The translations under genes and the position numbers were made by a program. DNA of 64,000 bases from NCBI GenBank assembly GCA_046563655.1, contig CM102288.1:6324001-6388000 (forward strand). Reading direction: 5' to 3'. The notes under the pieces were generated by a model. It saw only the letters and a list, made by a program, of their open reading frames with translations. It was not told the DNA's origin and made no database searches. The DNA comes from Yuukianura sp. NJ FZ-2021. Taxonomy: Eukaryota. This document shows, one piece after another, positions 1 through 12,917 of the stretch. Every line of letters begins with the position of its first letter. The first letter of the stretch is position 1.

Positions 1-1310
1 GCAGAAGGGTTTGAATATTTGATGAGCAGAAAGTGGAGTTAGTAAGTTCTACTTTCTGTGAAACTGGAGGGAGTAACTATTTCTCTCCACTTTCTGTGAA
101 AGTGGAGGGAGTAACTACTTCCCTCTTAGTTTTGTACCTCAAGTGTCACTCTTCAGTTGCGGTGGAGCAGAAGAGACATTTGTTGTTATGTCAAAGGTGA
201 GACAGGGATTCACTCTCTTCGTTGCATCACACAAATGATGACCTCCATTATTAACGACAAACCTCCGCAAAAGTTGGAGGCCATTAAAAGGCATCCAGAC
301 ATCTCACTTTCTCGGACTAAAAGTTTGGAATTTTTTGCCACCTACTTCCTGCCGGGGGAAACTAAAAGAAAAGTGGCCTCCTGAAACAAAAAGTGGCTTG
401 TATATATCTTCAGATTTGAGAAAAATTATCGTATGAAATGAAAAAAAAATTCGGCGTTCTGTCAGCTGTTAAGATAGTTTTTATGCCAGGGTTTTAAGAA
501 TTTTGGAATTTTTGCCTCGTGCATTTCTGACAAAAAAAATCAGATCAAACTTGGCTTTCATGTTTGTTTTCCTCAAAAGTTTGGAATTTTCGCCATCCAG
601 GATTGGCCGGCTAAAACTTTCTCCTAAAACGCTATTTTTTTTTAAGAATTAGGGAATTTAAAGTTTTCAGATCAGCTCCACAGGCTGAACTGAATTTCAC
701 CTTTTTGTTAGAAAAACATAGAAAGTAAAAAAAAATGGCGGATGGAAGAAAATAGTTTTTTTCTTTCTGTTTCTGCCGGCAAAACTACGGTGAAAGTTTT
801 GGGCCGAACCGGCGGTAAAGTGGTTGGCTAAATTTTTGAATTTGTTCCGTACGTGAGTATGTGTTGTTGGTATCTCTCTGTGTTTGAAATCCCAGTGTAA
901 TTAATTACTAATGTCACACTTTCTCTCTGCTCAAATGCAAATGGAATTGTCTCGTGATAGCCACTTTGTCTCATATCTAAGCCTCAACAGATACGACCAC
1001 TTTCTCCCGCCGAAATTGGGGATTCAGAAGGCACTTTTTAGCATTACCTACCATAAAATAGCCTAACATAACAAAATAGTCTAAAATAGCCTAGGTTTCA
1101 CTGCCAGCAGACTTTCACCTCCACAATTATTCCAAGTCGGTGGGAAAAACAAAATTTTGGGGGGCTCTAAAGTATTTTGTTTGGAGCTTTAAAATGCAAA
1201 ACGGTTTTGTGAATACCGTGTTTAGCTCTGGTCACGTCCCACTTTTGGTGGAAAACTTTCACAATTTCACACAACATAAAAAAACTGGAGTGGGAATGGA
1301 ACTGACTTAC

Positions 1311-4300
1311 CAGGTGGCTTGGGAGGGAGCGTCGTCCATTAGGACACGAGCGATGTAGAGGGCGCAAGTGAGTAGTTTGAGTACCATTCTGATGATGCGC
1401 AGACGCAGACTGGATCTCTGGTTCTTGACAAAGTACAAGTACAGCCGCTCACGCACCGTGTTCTCGTTCACATAGTACTCCACCCGCACTCTAAAACCAA
1501 CATTCAACCACTTTTAGACACAGTAGAATGTGGAGAGGTCATGAAAGGTCAAGGTCATTTGAGTATTTTGGGAGTGTCATGGAGAATCGATAGGCTGGTG
1601 CTCCCATTAGTTTCAGTCATTATCCATATCCTACCCTTAATTGCCTCGTTTCTCCTCCAGATAAGATACACTTTCACCGACTCACAAAACCACTCTCCTG
1701 TACATCCATGTTCATTTTTGCCATAAGCTACTACTTTTTTTTGCTTTCAAAGCAAAAAAAGTAACAATTTTTGCAGCAAAATATTTTGCGTTTCAATTTT
1801 ACAGTGAAGGATTTTCCCTTAGTAAAAGATTCCGTCCTCACTGAAGCAATTTTGCATTTTAAACTTTACAACAAAAAGAGTTTGCCGTTAAACCATACAG
1901 CAAACATTTTGCCTTTAGATCCTTCTATCAGAACAAACTTTGCCCTTGAAAGCCTACAGCAAAAGAAAACTTTGCCCTTGTAGTCCACAGTAAAAGAAAC
2001 GCTATAAGCCAAATGTTTTTCAGTCATATGTAAGTAATTCGGTTTTTGCCTGCAGCAAACATTTTTTGCCTTTAAGGCAGGCGTATTTGAAAATTTGTTT
2101 TTTTTAAACTGATTTTTTTCTTTTGAAATTCGGGAACTCGCCTGCGATGAAGTCATTAGCAAAAATACTAACGATCTGCTCATTTTACTTTAAAAAAGGC
2201 TTTTGAAAAAAGTTTTAATAGCCGACGTGATTAAAAATGTGAATAGGTTTGGGCTAAATCTGGCGTCAGAAAAGGGCGGGAAATTTGAATGGAGCTTTGA
2301 AATGTTGACTAACATGACATTGAAGTGAATGGGGTGAGTGACATATCGTGGTCCATATTTGTTAGGCTAAGGTACATTAGGTTAGTTTGTTAGGTTGACT
2401 TAAAGTAGTTGAGGAAAGGGTGGGATTGATGTGGCTCAATTTGTATGGATGAAACTCTCTCTTTTTATGATTCCCCGCCGTCGTTCCATGGGAAAAGTCA
2501 AGTTTTCTCTTTTTGGAGCAGCTCTTGAGCTAGAATCCCCATTTGTCAAACACATCTTCAAAGTCCATCGCTCAACTTACGCAATTCCTTCCACTTCACT
2601 CCGCAAAAACTTCCACTCAACTCCTCTAGAACATCCTCTTCACAAACATATGCTAAATACCGGAAAACTACTGTTAAACGCCCCCGGCGCTTATTTTCTA
2701 CCTCCTTTTTGCTCAAAAATTGTTGTTGGAGGTAAGGTTTTTTTTTATTAGGTTTTTTTACTATTCGAAAAGTTATTTTTACTTTTCGACTATAAGGCTA
2801 GTGTGTTTTTGTCATAGTATTTCAAGGTTTGGTGATTGATTTTGAGATGTTTTACGGTGTGTGGACGAAGAAAAAGAGCGGAGATTTACGGTATTAAAGA
2901 GAAAGTTAAAAGGAGTGACTTGAGCAAACAGCAAACAACTTCATTGAGCCATTCAATCCCTCTCAAACTTTGTCCCAAATGTCTTCCTTTGAGAGCGGAA
3001 ACTTCAGAAAGCCCGCCAAATTTCAAATTTTACAGAAAGAATTTAGATAAAAAAAATTCCCTCTTTTTCTCTTTTTCCTGGCTTTCTTCAAAACGCTCTC
3101 TCTCGAGGAGTTCCATTGAAATAAGAGTCCAAATTCCAAATAAAATGGCGGAAATCCTTTATTAGGCTCAACAAAGGAGGGAATGAGGGGCGCCAACTTG
3201 AAAAATTGAAAAGCAAACGTAAGAGAGAATGGTTGGTTTGTAATTTGTACTTTTGTGGTGGGTCTCCGGTGGGACTTGGAACGGAGCCACCCACTCCGTC
3301 AACAGCCCAATTAACTCCTCATTCACTCCTTTCTCCCATGTCCACAATTCATTTCTCTCCGACCACAGAGTGGCTTTCACTTGGCACAAACTCAACTCAA
3401 AAGCACACTTTCACCATGGTTAATACAATTTCAGCGACACCCAAATCAGCGACAAATGCCGTTTCAGTCACAAAACGACAAATTTCTGAAACTTTTGACA
3501 ATAGCAAAATTCTAATTGATTCAACTGCAGTTGGTTCGAAAGCATTTCGTCCAGTAGTAAAAATAGTTGGAAATTCATTTCAGGGTTTGGTATGGCTAGG
3601 TGCTTCTATAGTTTCTTAAATTATGACCAATTTACTTTTTGAACTTTTTCATGTATAATTTTTCAATCCATTTGAGTTGAGCTTGAGCCACTTCTTTTGA
3701 TCCTCTAGCATTCAATTTATTTTGAACCAACGTAGTTTGAACCAAAGCATTTTGAATACTTTTCGAGCCACTTCATTCTAAACAATTTCTTTTGACTTTC
3801 TATCAATGTTTGGATAACAGTTTAACCTGTTTGTGTTCCTGTCCTTTTGTATTTTGACTGTTTGAGTTTCTGTAGTTTTGTATTTTGACTGTTTGAGTTT
3901 CTGTAGTTTTGTATTTCGACTATTTGTGTTTCGGTTCTTTTGGAAGTTGGCCCAGAACAATGACGTTTGTTGAGCCAACAAAAACTGAGAGAAAGTGACA
4001 CATTCATCAGAGCCAAATTGCAGAGTAGAGGCTCCAATGTCCCTGGAAACTTCGTCTTTGTTCGGCTGGTGAAATTGAAGGGGCGGAATATTGGAAGAGC
4101 TATGCTCCACTTGTGTATTTGTGGAGGGAGTAACTAATGGAGAACACACTCAAAACAAAGGTTGCCACTCACTTTCCAATCTCATCTGCAGACAACTTTT
4201 AATCGAAATGCAGATTCTTCACTCTCCCCCCAAGTCAAACTACTTTCTTTTATGCCTTTGATCAGCTTTTCATTATTAAGGTTACCCTAACTTTTCATTT

Positions 4301-7300
4301 CTACCTCTTTTTATGTTAGCCTAACTTTTCTTCTGTCAAGGAATGAAGAGCTTTTGGAAATGAAAAAGAAGAAAGACAAACAGGCTGAATAAACATTTAT
4401 TCACAACCTCCGTCTCGGTCACGAGGAAAAGAAATTCCTGACCTCCTGACCTCACTTTCTCTTTTTCTCTCATCTTAGGTAATGGTTAACTTTTTAGTTG
4501 TGAAGCACAAAGATCAACATGCCAGTGGACTCCGTTGTCATAAATTTCAAAAGTTGTGTGCTTCCAAAAAAAAGTCATGTTTGCTTTCTAATATTTTAAT
4601 AACTTTCTCTATCTCATTTTTTTCACTTTCACTCTTTGCTTAAAGTCTCGCTTTCGACTAAAAACAAACTGAAACTTGAACTTTTTATTCATTTTTTTTA
4701 CTAAAAATTGCATAGTTACTTTTGCTTCTGTTTTGAAACTTTCCGCTTCTGATTTCCAAATAGGGCCGGAAAATTTTATAGGCTCGGGAAATATTTTTTC
4801 CATTTTGAGAATACGTTTTGTTGTGTAAAATCAGAAGTTTTAAAAAATTGAAGTAGTTTGAAATTTTTGATGAGAAGTTGTGTTTTTTTTCTCGAAATGT
4901 GAGATGGGAATGTGAGTGCGGCGGAGAGATTGGAGTTACAAATGTTGATGTTGGAGCCATTTGGTGGTGAAATCTTTTGAATAAATTCCAAATCCCACTG
5001 AAATTCCCTCTGGAGTTGAGTAGGTGTCGTTTGGGTGGTGGGGCGGGTGGGGCCGTGGGGCTCATAAAATGAGATGGGTGAGATTTGATGAGATAGTTGG
5101 ACACTTTTTCCAGTGAAAGTGAAGATGAAGTTTCTTTCTCTCGAATTCCGATTCGGCGTTTGTGTAATCCGGCCGAATCCAATCATTCCGAATCTTCCCC
5201 CATCCCTTCATTCCTTCTGCATCTTCATTCCACACGCCCTTGACTTCCATCAACTTGAGACACGGGCTTTAGAGAATCATAAGTCTGTCGCTTTTCATGA
5301 CTCCCATTTGCCTCTTTCATTAGACACAGAATACGCCAATCGATTAGGCACAATTGAGAGGAAAGGTTTCGTTATTCCATGGAAATTAATAGACTTGGGA
5401 CCAGGGACCACCAAAAGTGGCCATGCACTTCCTTTTTGTGTGACAGGAAAGTTAATGACACAGGAACATTGTGGATTCATTAGACTTAGGATGGGATTCG
5501 AACCCACGACTCTCAATTTCAAGGTTACAACGCATACCAACACGCTCATGTACATAAACGTTTTTTGTGGTTTCCCTATGCGAATTGTGTAGAACTGTTT
5601 CCATAGTCCTTGTGTTTTTTGAGCTGTATTGTCTTGAATTGTTTGTGATTGTGACATCTTAATGTACTTTTTGGGTTAGCCTCTTTTGTCTTGTGAGTGA
5701 AAACGATTGTGAATGATCCATTAATAATTGAGTGACACTAAAACGTAAGTGGGCACTTGGAAGGCTGTGTGAATGTGAGTGGCTTTTGGGGGAGAGTGTT
5801 TGAAGGGGGCATTAGTTGGCATTGTAAAATTCATGTAAGGAGTTAGGCTACGCAGTCTAATGTGAGGTTGTCAGTTGGGTTTTATGGGTCACTGGAGTGT
5901 GGTGATCAAAGGACTCATCTGTCTTTTCTGAGTTTTAGTCCGTGTGGACTAATTAAACTCGCACAATGGCTTCATTTCAAAGGAAAAAAACAGGGTCTGA
6001 CTAATTCTCGGAATAAAGACGACAGTCGGATGGAGATGTCAATCTCTCTCTTTCACTCTTTTTCCACAAATCTAAATGAGAATCACAGAATACACTAACG
6101 TAGTCTTACTTTCCCATGAAAGGCTTCCTTTTACTGCCGTTGGACAAAGGAAGAAGAGAAATGAGGTTCTCTTTGTGCGTAATTCTTGGGAGAAAGTTAG
6201 GGTAAACCTATATTAAAATGGAAATTAAGTTAGTTTTTTGGGTTTGCTATGATTTAGGAATAGGAAAGGACTAACAATTTGTTGTGTTAACGGTCATTTG
6301 TTGTGTCATATTTTAGCTATGAAAACTTATCACAAGAAAAAAAAACAGAAAACGAAAAAAAAACGTTTTTTTAACGAAAAACAAATTTTGAGTTTCTTCA
6401 ACATTAAAATTTCATATGCCAAGAATTTGCATAGACTTTCTTTTGAATGGAAAAAATATGCCATAATAAAAATCAATCAATTGGAGCACTATTTTGATAA
6501 AAAAATATTTGTGAGAAGTAGGTGAGTGGTACTGTGCTGAGGATAGAACTACGTCGTTGCTGGTTCGAATCCTGCCTAACTAAAGTCTTTTTTTTATGTT
6601 GAAAACTATAGCTTGGTTTGAGCAGTACACGTTGTGATGTACAGCACTAGGTTCAGTGGATGGTTAAATCGTGCGTGAATGTCGTTTGTTTTCAGCAGAG
6701 TGTGAAGGAAAGGGGGAATGGAAGTTTGAATTTGTCGTTGTGTCTGAGGCGGTATTTTTGAATTTGTGTTTGATTTGAGTGTTGGAGTGTTTAGTAGTGT
6801 AGGTTGGTCCTTCACACCTCATCAAATAGAGGGGAAGTGGCATTTGGAGTTATGAGTGTCCATGCTTTCACTTCCTCTCTTGTTTTCACCATCAAACCCC
6901 GAGTGTTTTTTGCACTTCAATGCACTGACCATCACCCTCACTTATTCCACCGGAATTGATTCTTTCTTCTCCAGGGAATACCAGGGTCAGACTCAATTTG
7001 ACACAATTTCAATTTCAAAAAAGATGAATCGCAAAGAGCGGGAAAAGACGAGTCTTTCAAATCCCACTTTCCCCCTTGCATCTATCAAACATGACGGGAT
7101 CACCATGAACTATAACCACAAGCCTTAACAACAAAATAACCCTGTTACATGCTCACTTTTTCTGAAAAGTTAAAATTTTTCAAACCTGATTATCGTGCAG
7201 TTTTTTAAACAATTGATAAAAAACGAATTTTTTTTTTTATAAATTTAAAAAAAATCTCAACTTGCCCCAATCGAAGCTCCAAAATCAAAGAGAAAGTTGA

Positions 7301-10300
7301 CAAAAACTGGAAAAGTTGACATAATTTTTTTTTTGAAAATTTTCGCTTTTGGATGATCAGCTAGTAGAAGAAGGCTGTTTTTTTTCTTTCCTTGTAGGGA
7401 TTAAGTTAGAGTCATCGTACATGGGATTAGGAGGTGAGTGAAATCCGTGATGTTTTGAAAGTGCAGTTTTGTGTGACCTTTGAGACTGTGTGCACAGGGC
7501 TTAAGCCTGATAAAATTGGGTAGTGTGAAGGGGGCTTAAGGGGGGATGGGGATATATTAGGTCCTTATTGGATGCGTTAATAAATAATTTGATGTTTCGC
7601 CTTGTTGGCGCGAGGATTTGAATTCCTGGCTTAAGGATCCATCCATCCAGTTCAAACTCAATTACAGGGAACGTGATCCCCTAACATATTAAAACATAGT
7701 CTACCATAATACATAGTCTAAACTTTTAGTCTAACATAGTCGCAGTGTCGCTCAAATCATTACGTTCAAAACCTCATTTCCTCTTAGCGTGAAAACAGAC
7801 GGAAAAAGACGCCTACGCTGCTCTGGAAATTTGCAAAATTAAATTCCACTCTTCGCTTGCCCAGGAAAAGCTTCCAAATCCACCCATCTCTTTTCCTACA
7901 ACTTGAATTACATTTTGAACATTTCGAAATTTCATTTTCAGAATTTCCAAATGTCATTTGGAAATTGTGTTTTGAAGTTGTAATCAAAAACAAAAGTACA
8001 TTTCCAGTTTCCAGTTTGAGTCACCCTAAACTTGAAAACTTATATTTCACTTTGGGGCAATTTGAGATTTCTCTTTTTCTTTCTCTCTTTTTCTTCGTTT
8101 TCTCTCTCTCTGGAGAAGTTAGGTTTATGTTTCGGATTAATAATCTCCCAGAAGACTTTGCGGCACTCCAGAACACCAAATTGGCAAAAGTTGGAGGTCG
8201 GGGGGTGGTGGTTTGGGGGGTTCGGAACTGTGGGTGGTGGGGATTAGGCCACCCCTTATGGATTTGGGTTTGTTGGTCAATTACTGGCCCACAGACAGAC
8301 ACTTGAGCATCAGTTGGAGAGTGTGGTTGGAGGTTTGTGTTGACGCGGGAGATTTAATTTGATGGTGGTGGGATCTTGATGTGCTTTTGGATTTGTTTCC
8401 ACAACTCGCCTTCTGGCGAGAACGACAAAACTAAAGTCACTCATGGATTTCTCTTTTTTTCAAAAGGCCAAGCAAACGAAACACAATTTTGGAAATTGAT
8501 TTTCTGCCGATTTTCTCAGTTTCTCCGGTCAAACAATAATTGTTTGTGTTGGATTTTCTAGAAACTAAACGCAGGTTTTGGCAAGCGAAGTCAATTTTTA
8601 AGAAAAAGTGCTCAAAATTCAATAAGAAAAAAATTAAACCGAAAAGAGTTTTAGAGCGAAATTGAAAATTTTTACACTTTTGTGACGTAGTGCTTTGGTT
8701 TTTTTTTCTGCCATTGGTCCAAAACTGGATTTGGTTTAAAAAAGATATTTGGTAAGAAAAAAAAGTGAACTTAATATCTAAAGTTGAAATTTGGCCAATT
8801 TTACCATTGAGCCGAATGTTTTCGAACCTTTTGATTCGAACCAATTGTATTTCGAACCAATAATTATGTGTTGCGACATTGTTTTAACAGCTGTTTTGAA
8901 TGTGAAAGTGATGTTTGTGAATGCGGGTGATTTGGGGCTAAACAAAGCCGTAAAGCTGCCCACAACTCAAATATTTGGAGAGGGAAAAAGAGAAAGTTCA
9001 AAGTTGTGAAACGCCGCTTTAAAACAGAAAGCACTTTGGCATCGTTACGGCAATTACGCCATACATGACACACTAACATGTGTACAGTCTCACTTTGCCC
9101 CATTGATAACATCGCATACTCCAAAGGTCAGTGACCTTTGACATTCAGTACAGCAAAATCTAGAACCTTTGACCTTAACAGCCACAAAAGCAAAGATCAA
9201 ACAGCGTCTTTCTTTCTACTTTTATCTTTTTCTATCTTTTTTCTTCATTTTTGGAAAATTTAATTGAGTGCCTACTCGGCCTTAAATTTTTTGATTTCAC
9301 GAAAACTTCAATTTCGTTGCTTTTGTTCTTAACTTTGATTTTTCCAAATTTTGTTTGGACCAGCATAAAACCTTTCAAAATTTTGGTTTTGGATGGATTT
9401 TTAATTGGCCAATTAACTTTTTGTAGCAAAAGTCGATTCTGAAATCGATCTGGGGAATGACGCGACTCCACCCAGCGTCTATCTCTTTCAGTTTCTCTCA
9501 TGTTCATCACAAGCTCAGTTTACCTTTGACCTCCAACTGACAAAGCAAAAAGAGCAAAAAATAAAGGAGCAAAAAAAGCAAAGGAGCAAAAAAAAAAAAG
9601 AATAAAGGCAAACGAGAGGACAAAAAGGTTCCTCTTTTCTCGGAAAAATTGAGGAACCTGTCTGATTTTTAAAGTTTTGTATAAAGGAAAAATGTGAAAA
9701 GAAAGAATGAAGTGAACTGAAATGCAGAGATAACCACGAAGATGTTTCGTCAAGGTTTTGAAACCCCAAAAATTTGAAATTCAAATTCCCGCTCTTTTTC
9801 TTCTTGCGACATTTTTTAACTTTGAAAGGTGGATTTGACAGTTGTGTTTGTTGAGTGTGGAATGGTTTGTAGTTGGAGCATGTAGGTTTGTGATGTTGAT
9901 TTTTGTGTAAGTTGTTTGTGATTTGGTGTGTGGAAGATACTGCGTGTGGATTGTGGAATTGTGGATTGAGGGGTGGAATGGAGAAAGCAGGTAACAGGGG
10001 GAGTGGAAGACAATAATCGTTAACTTTCTTCCCTTCCGCACCTCTCTCCCTCTGTCCATCGCTCCACGTTTCACTCCAGAGGTGTCCTACGGCTTTTGAG
10101 GACATCCTCAAACTCAAAATCCTCAACACCATTAATAATATATTAACAGCAGTAACTAAAAACTCAAAAAATCTGGTTAGAATTTGATCACAAAAATTGC
10201 ATACTTTCTTTTTTCTCTGTGGAAAATTTCTCCTCTATTTTTTTTTTGTATTTTTCAACTTTTTTTTTTAAATTTCAGTTTTTCGTTTTTTCTGTACTGT

Positions 10301-11970
10301 TTGAGAAACATATTTTGAAACATTTTTTTAAAGTTTTATTTCTGTGGAAAACCCAAATTGTTGAAGTATGCTGAAAAAGACTATTTTTGAGTTTTATTTA
10401 AAGTGTTTTCTACAGTTTTGTTTTTGAGGTTTTTGATTTTATATTTGTTGAAATTGACTGAATTGCTATTTTTTGAATTGACATTTTTCTATGCCTCTGC
10501 ATTATGAAGTATGAAATTGAGGATATCCTCAGAGGGTGAGTGGAGGGTCTGGTGAGGTGGAAGTTGTGACGTAGCCCTCCCCCTGCTCAATGCCAAATAT
10601 TTCCAGGTTTTTGGGGAAAAAAGAGAGAGTTGTGGTGGAATCGGAATTAAAATATCCAGTCCAAGTGGATCTACGTGCACAAGGCATGGGGGTTTTCAAT
10701 TAATATTTCAAACCAATCAATACTCTTCATCCCAAGCCATAAGGACACACACTTCCCACTTTACCCAGCAAAATCTAACAAACTTAACCTAAATATTAAG
10801 CACATTACAAAAGAATTTGAAAAAGGCGGAGATACCAAGGTCAAAGCTCCAAATTATTTAAAATCTTTAAAATTAACAGAAAAACTTTGGTTTTCTTTTT
10901 CCAGCCGACAGAGTTTTAAACTAAATTTTGAGCGGGTAGAGAGAGAAAATCGGATTTTAAAAATTAAGGTCTTTCAACATACGCTTTTCAGCCCATACAT
11001 TTCCGACCCGTTGAGTTGAAAACTTGCATTGTGTTTGTGTATGTGTTTTTTGGGTTTTGTGGGTGTTCAAATATGCTGGCGCGTGTTTGAAATTACATGG
11101 GTTTAGTTGTTACTTGCTTAGAAAATGAGGCTGCTCGGGAGAAAAAAGGACTTTCTCTCAGAATTTTTGAAAACCCTGATTCAAAACTGAATCTAAAAGT
11201 TTCCTTTGAAGTTTCAAACGATTGTTAACTCTGTCTTTTCTTCCATGGTTGAAAGTCCATTGTGTTATTATTGTGTTGCTGTGTTACGGGTGTTATTTCA
11301 AGCGTTGCTCAGTGTTATTGTTAGTCCTAAGAGGATTTGGCTAGTGTACTGCGTAGTATTGCCAGTGGTGGTTCGTTCCAGTCCTACCGGTGTTACTCTG
11401 AACTGTTACGGGGTGTTACAGAATCTCTATTTTGAAACCCAGAGTTCACTGAAGAGTGTTATTTTGACTAATGTGGGTGTTATTTCCAGTGTTCTTGTGC
11501 TATTCCGCGTCACGTTGACTATTATTGCAATTGTTGCGAGTGTTATAGGGTGTTTTAATCCTAGAGTTGAGTGTTTGAAAAGTGTTTTTGACAGCTTTAA
11601 GGGCATTCTTGGGCGTTTAAAACAGTTTGTCAGTGTTTTAAGGGTGTTTTCCAGTGTTTTAAGCGTGTTTTCAGTGTTTTTTGGTGTTTTTAGTGTACTA
11701 AGGGTGTTACTAAAGCAGTTACCTGGGGATCTGCATCTCGACCTCATCCAAACTGTCGGTGGGTGTGGGCGGTGCCTTTTCGAAGAGGCGTCCAGGAGCC
11801 AGGGTCAAGTGGTTGCAGGACTTGAGATGGGCCCACTGAAATCTGGAGGCTCTGCGCTGCCCCTTGCGGTTCGACGTCTGACTGAGGCACTTCTGCTGCT
11901 CGCGCTCTCGTCGTCGCTCCTCTTCCCTCCGCTGCAGGTTGTGAAGGCGGAAAAAGAAGACGTTGGACAT
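1311..11970 (-). CDS. SLO2: Slo2/KCNT1-like Na+-activated K+ channel, 5' part: probable exon 1 at 11723-11970 and exon 2 at 1311-1490; the gene continues left of the window
   Basis: Exon 1311-1490 reads [49 protein letters not shown], matching the KCNT/Slo2 N-terminus and S1. It has ttttag acceptor and gtaagt donor sites. The ATG-initiated exon 11970-11723 ends CCC AG|gtaac (phase 2), compatible with the A GTG CGG start of exon 2; this link across about 10 kb is inferred. Confidence 0.85.
3837..3915. repeat. Short tandem repeat, about 31-bp unit x2.5
   Basis: tttgtattttgactgtttgagtttctgtagt repeated directly. Confidence 0.8.
5483..5553 (-). repeat. Degenerate tRNA-derived element (SINE head or tRNA pseudogene)
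   Basis: Minus strand has gtgggttcgaatcccat (T-arm/B box) preceded by a weak A-box-like segment. No complete cloverleaf. Confidence 0.45.
6517..6580 (+). repeat. Degenerate tRNA-derived element
   Basis: taggtgagtggta (A-box-like) followed by ctggttcgaatcctg (B box) and a T-rich tail. Confidence 0.4.
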
Positions 11971-12917
11971 CCCAACCCCCTCAATTACCAGTAATTACGC
12001 CAGCCCCAAACATCCACAAGCCACAAGCCACTCCGCACAATCAATCCACGGAAACTCAATCGAACCCCCTTCACTCAACTTTCTCTCTTTTCTCCTCTCT
12101 TTCCCAAAAGTCACTCTCCCAAGTTCCCGCCTTGGAAATGTGTGGAAAGTTTCCTCTGGAAAAGTTACCAAAACTTGTGATTTTTGAAGAATTGGAAATC
12201 AGAGGTACGTACTTGAGCACGTCCTCTATTCCTTCTCTTTTGTGAGCGAGGACAATGGAAGTGACGCTTGAAGCGATGTGAAGCGATTGACGCTGTTTTA
12301 AGGAGCGATGTGGAGGGAGGGACGCTGGAAGTGAACTGGAACGGAGGCGCCCTCCTCACTCGCTTTTTCCTTTCTCCAGTCGCGGGGAAAGCAAGTAGCT
12401 TCTGTTGGGCTCAATCCGAGTCATCTCCGGATTAGCCAAAATCCATCAACATCCAGCATCCCCTCCACTCTCACCTTCTCTTCAACCAATCACAATCCTC
12501 CCCTCAAACTGGGACAAAAGATTCCTCTGACCTTTGACCTTTCACAGGTCAAGGTCACAGCAACTGGAATTATACACTTCAAAAGCCGGAAGCCGCACTG
12601 GTGGTTCAAGCTTTGACAGTTCAACAGATCAATTGGTTCGAATGAAAAGATTCGAAAATAATTGGTTCGAAAAGTAAAGTTCGAAAAATTTATGTGAATT
12701 TAATTTATAACTTATTATTGCATTCGAGTAAAAGGTAATTCTCATGTATCAGTTTCCATCCAATTGCTTTTGATTAAATTCTTTCTGCCAAATTTCTTTG
12801 GATCAAGTTCTTTAGACCCAATTCCTTTTGATGAACTTGTTTCGAACCAATTCCTTTTGATCAAATTCTTTCGAACCAATGTCTCGGCTGATGAAGTTTT
12901 AGGTTGAGCTGTTGAGT

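Noticed and set aside
9515..10132. 205-aa minus-strand ORF as an alternative Slo2 first exon
   Set aside because: The candidate donor (G|gtgcgg) is phase 1 in the ATG frame, incompatible with the phase-2 Slo2 exon; the rest is low-complexity.
157..11000. Many short six-frame ORFs in the Slo2 introns
   Set aside because: Biased composition, mostly non-ATG starts, no motifs and no consistent splice structure.
11206..11994. 262-aa Val/Leu-rich plus-strand ORF resembling a membrane protein
   Set aside because: It arises from low-complexity GTGTT-rich sequence and the antisense of the probable Slo2 first exon; it has a non-ATG start.
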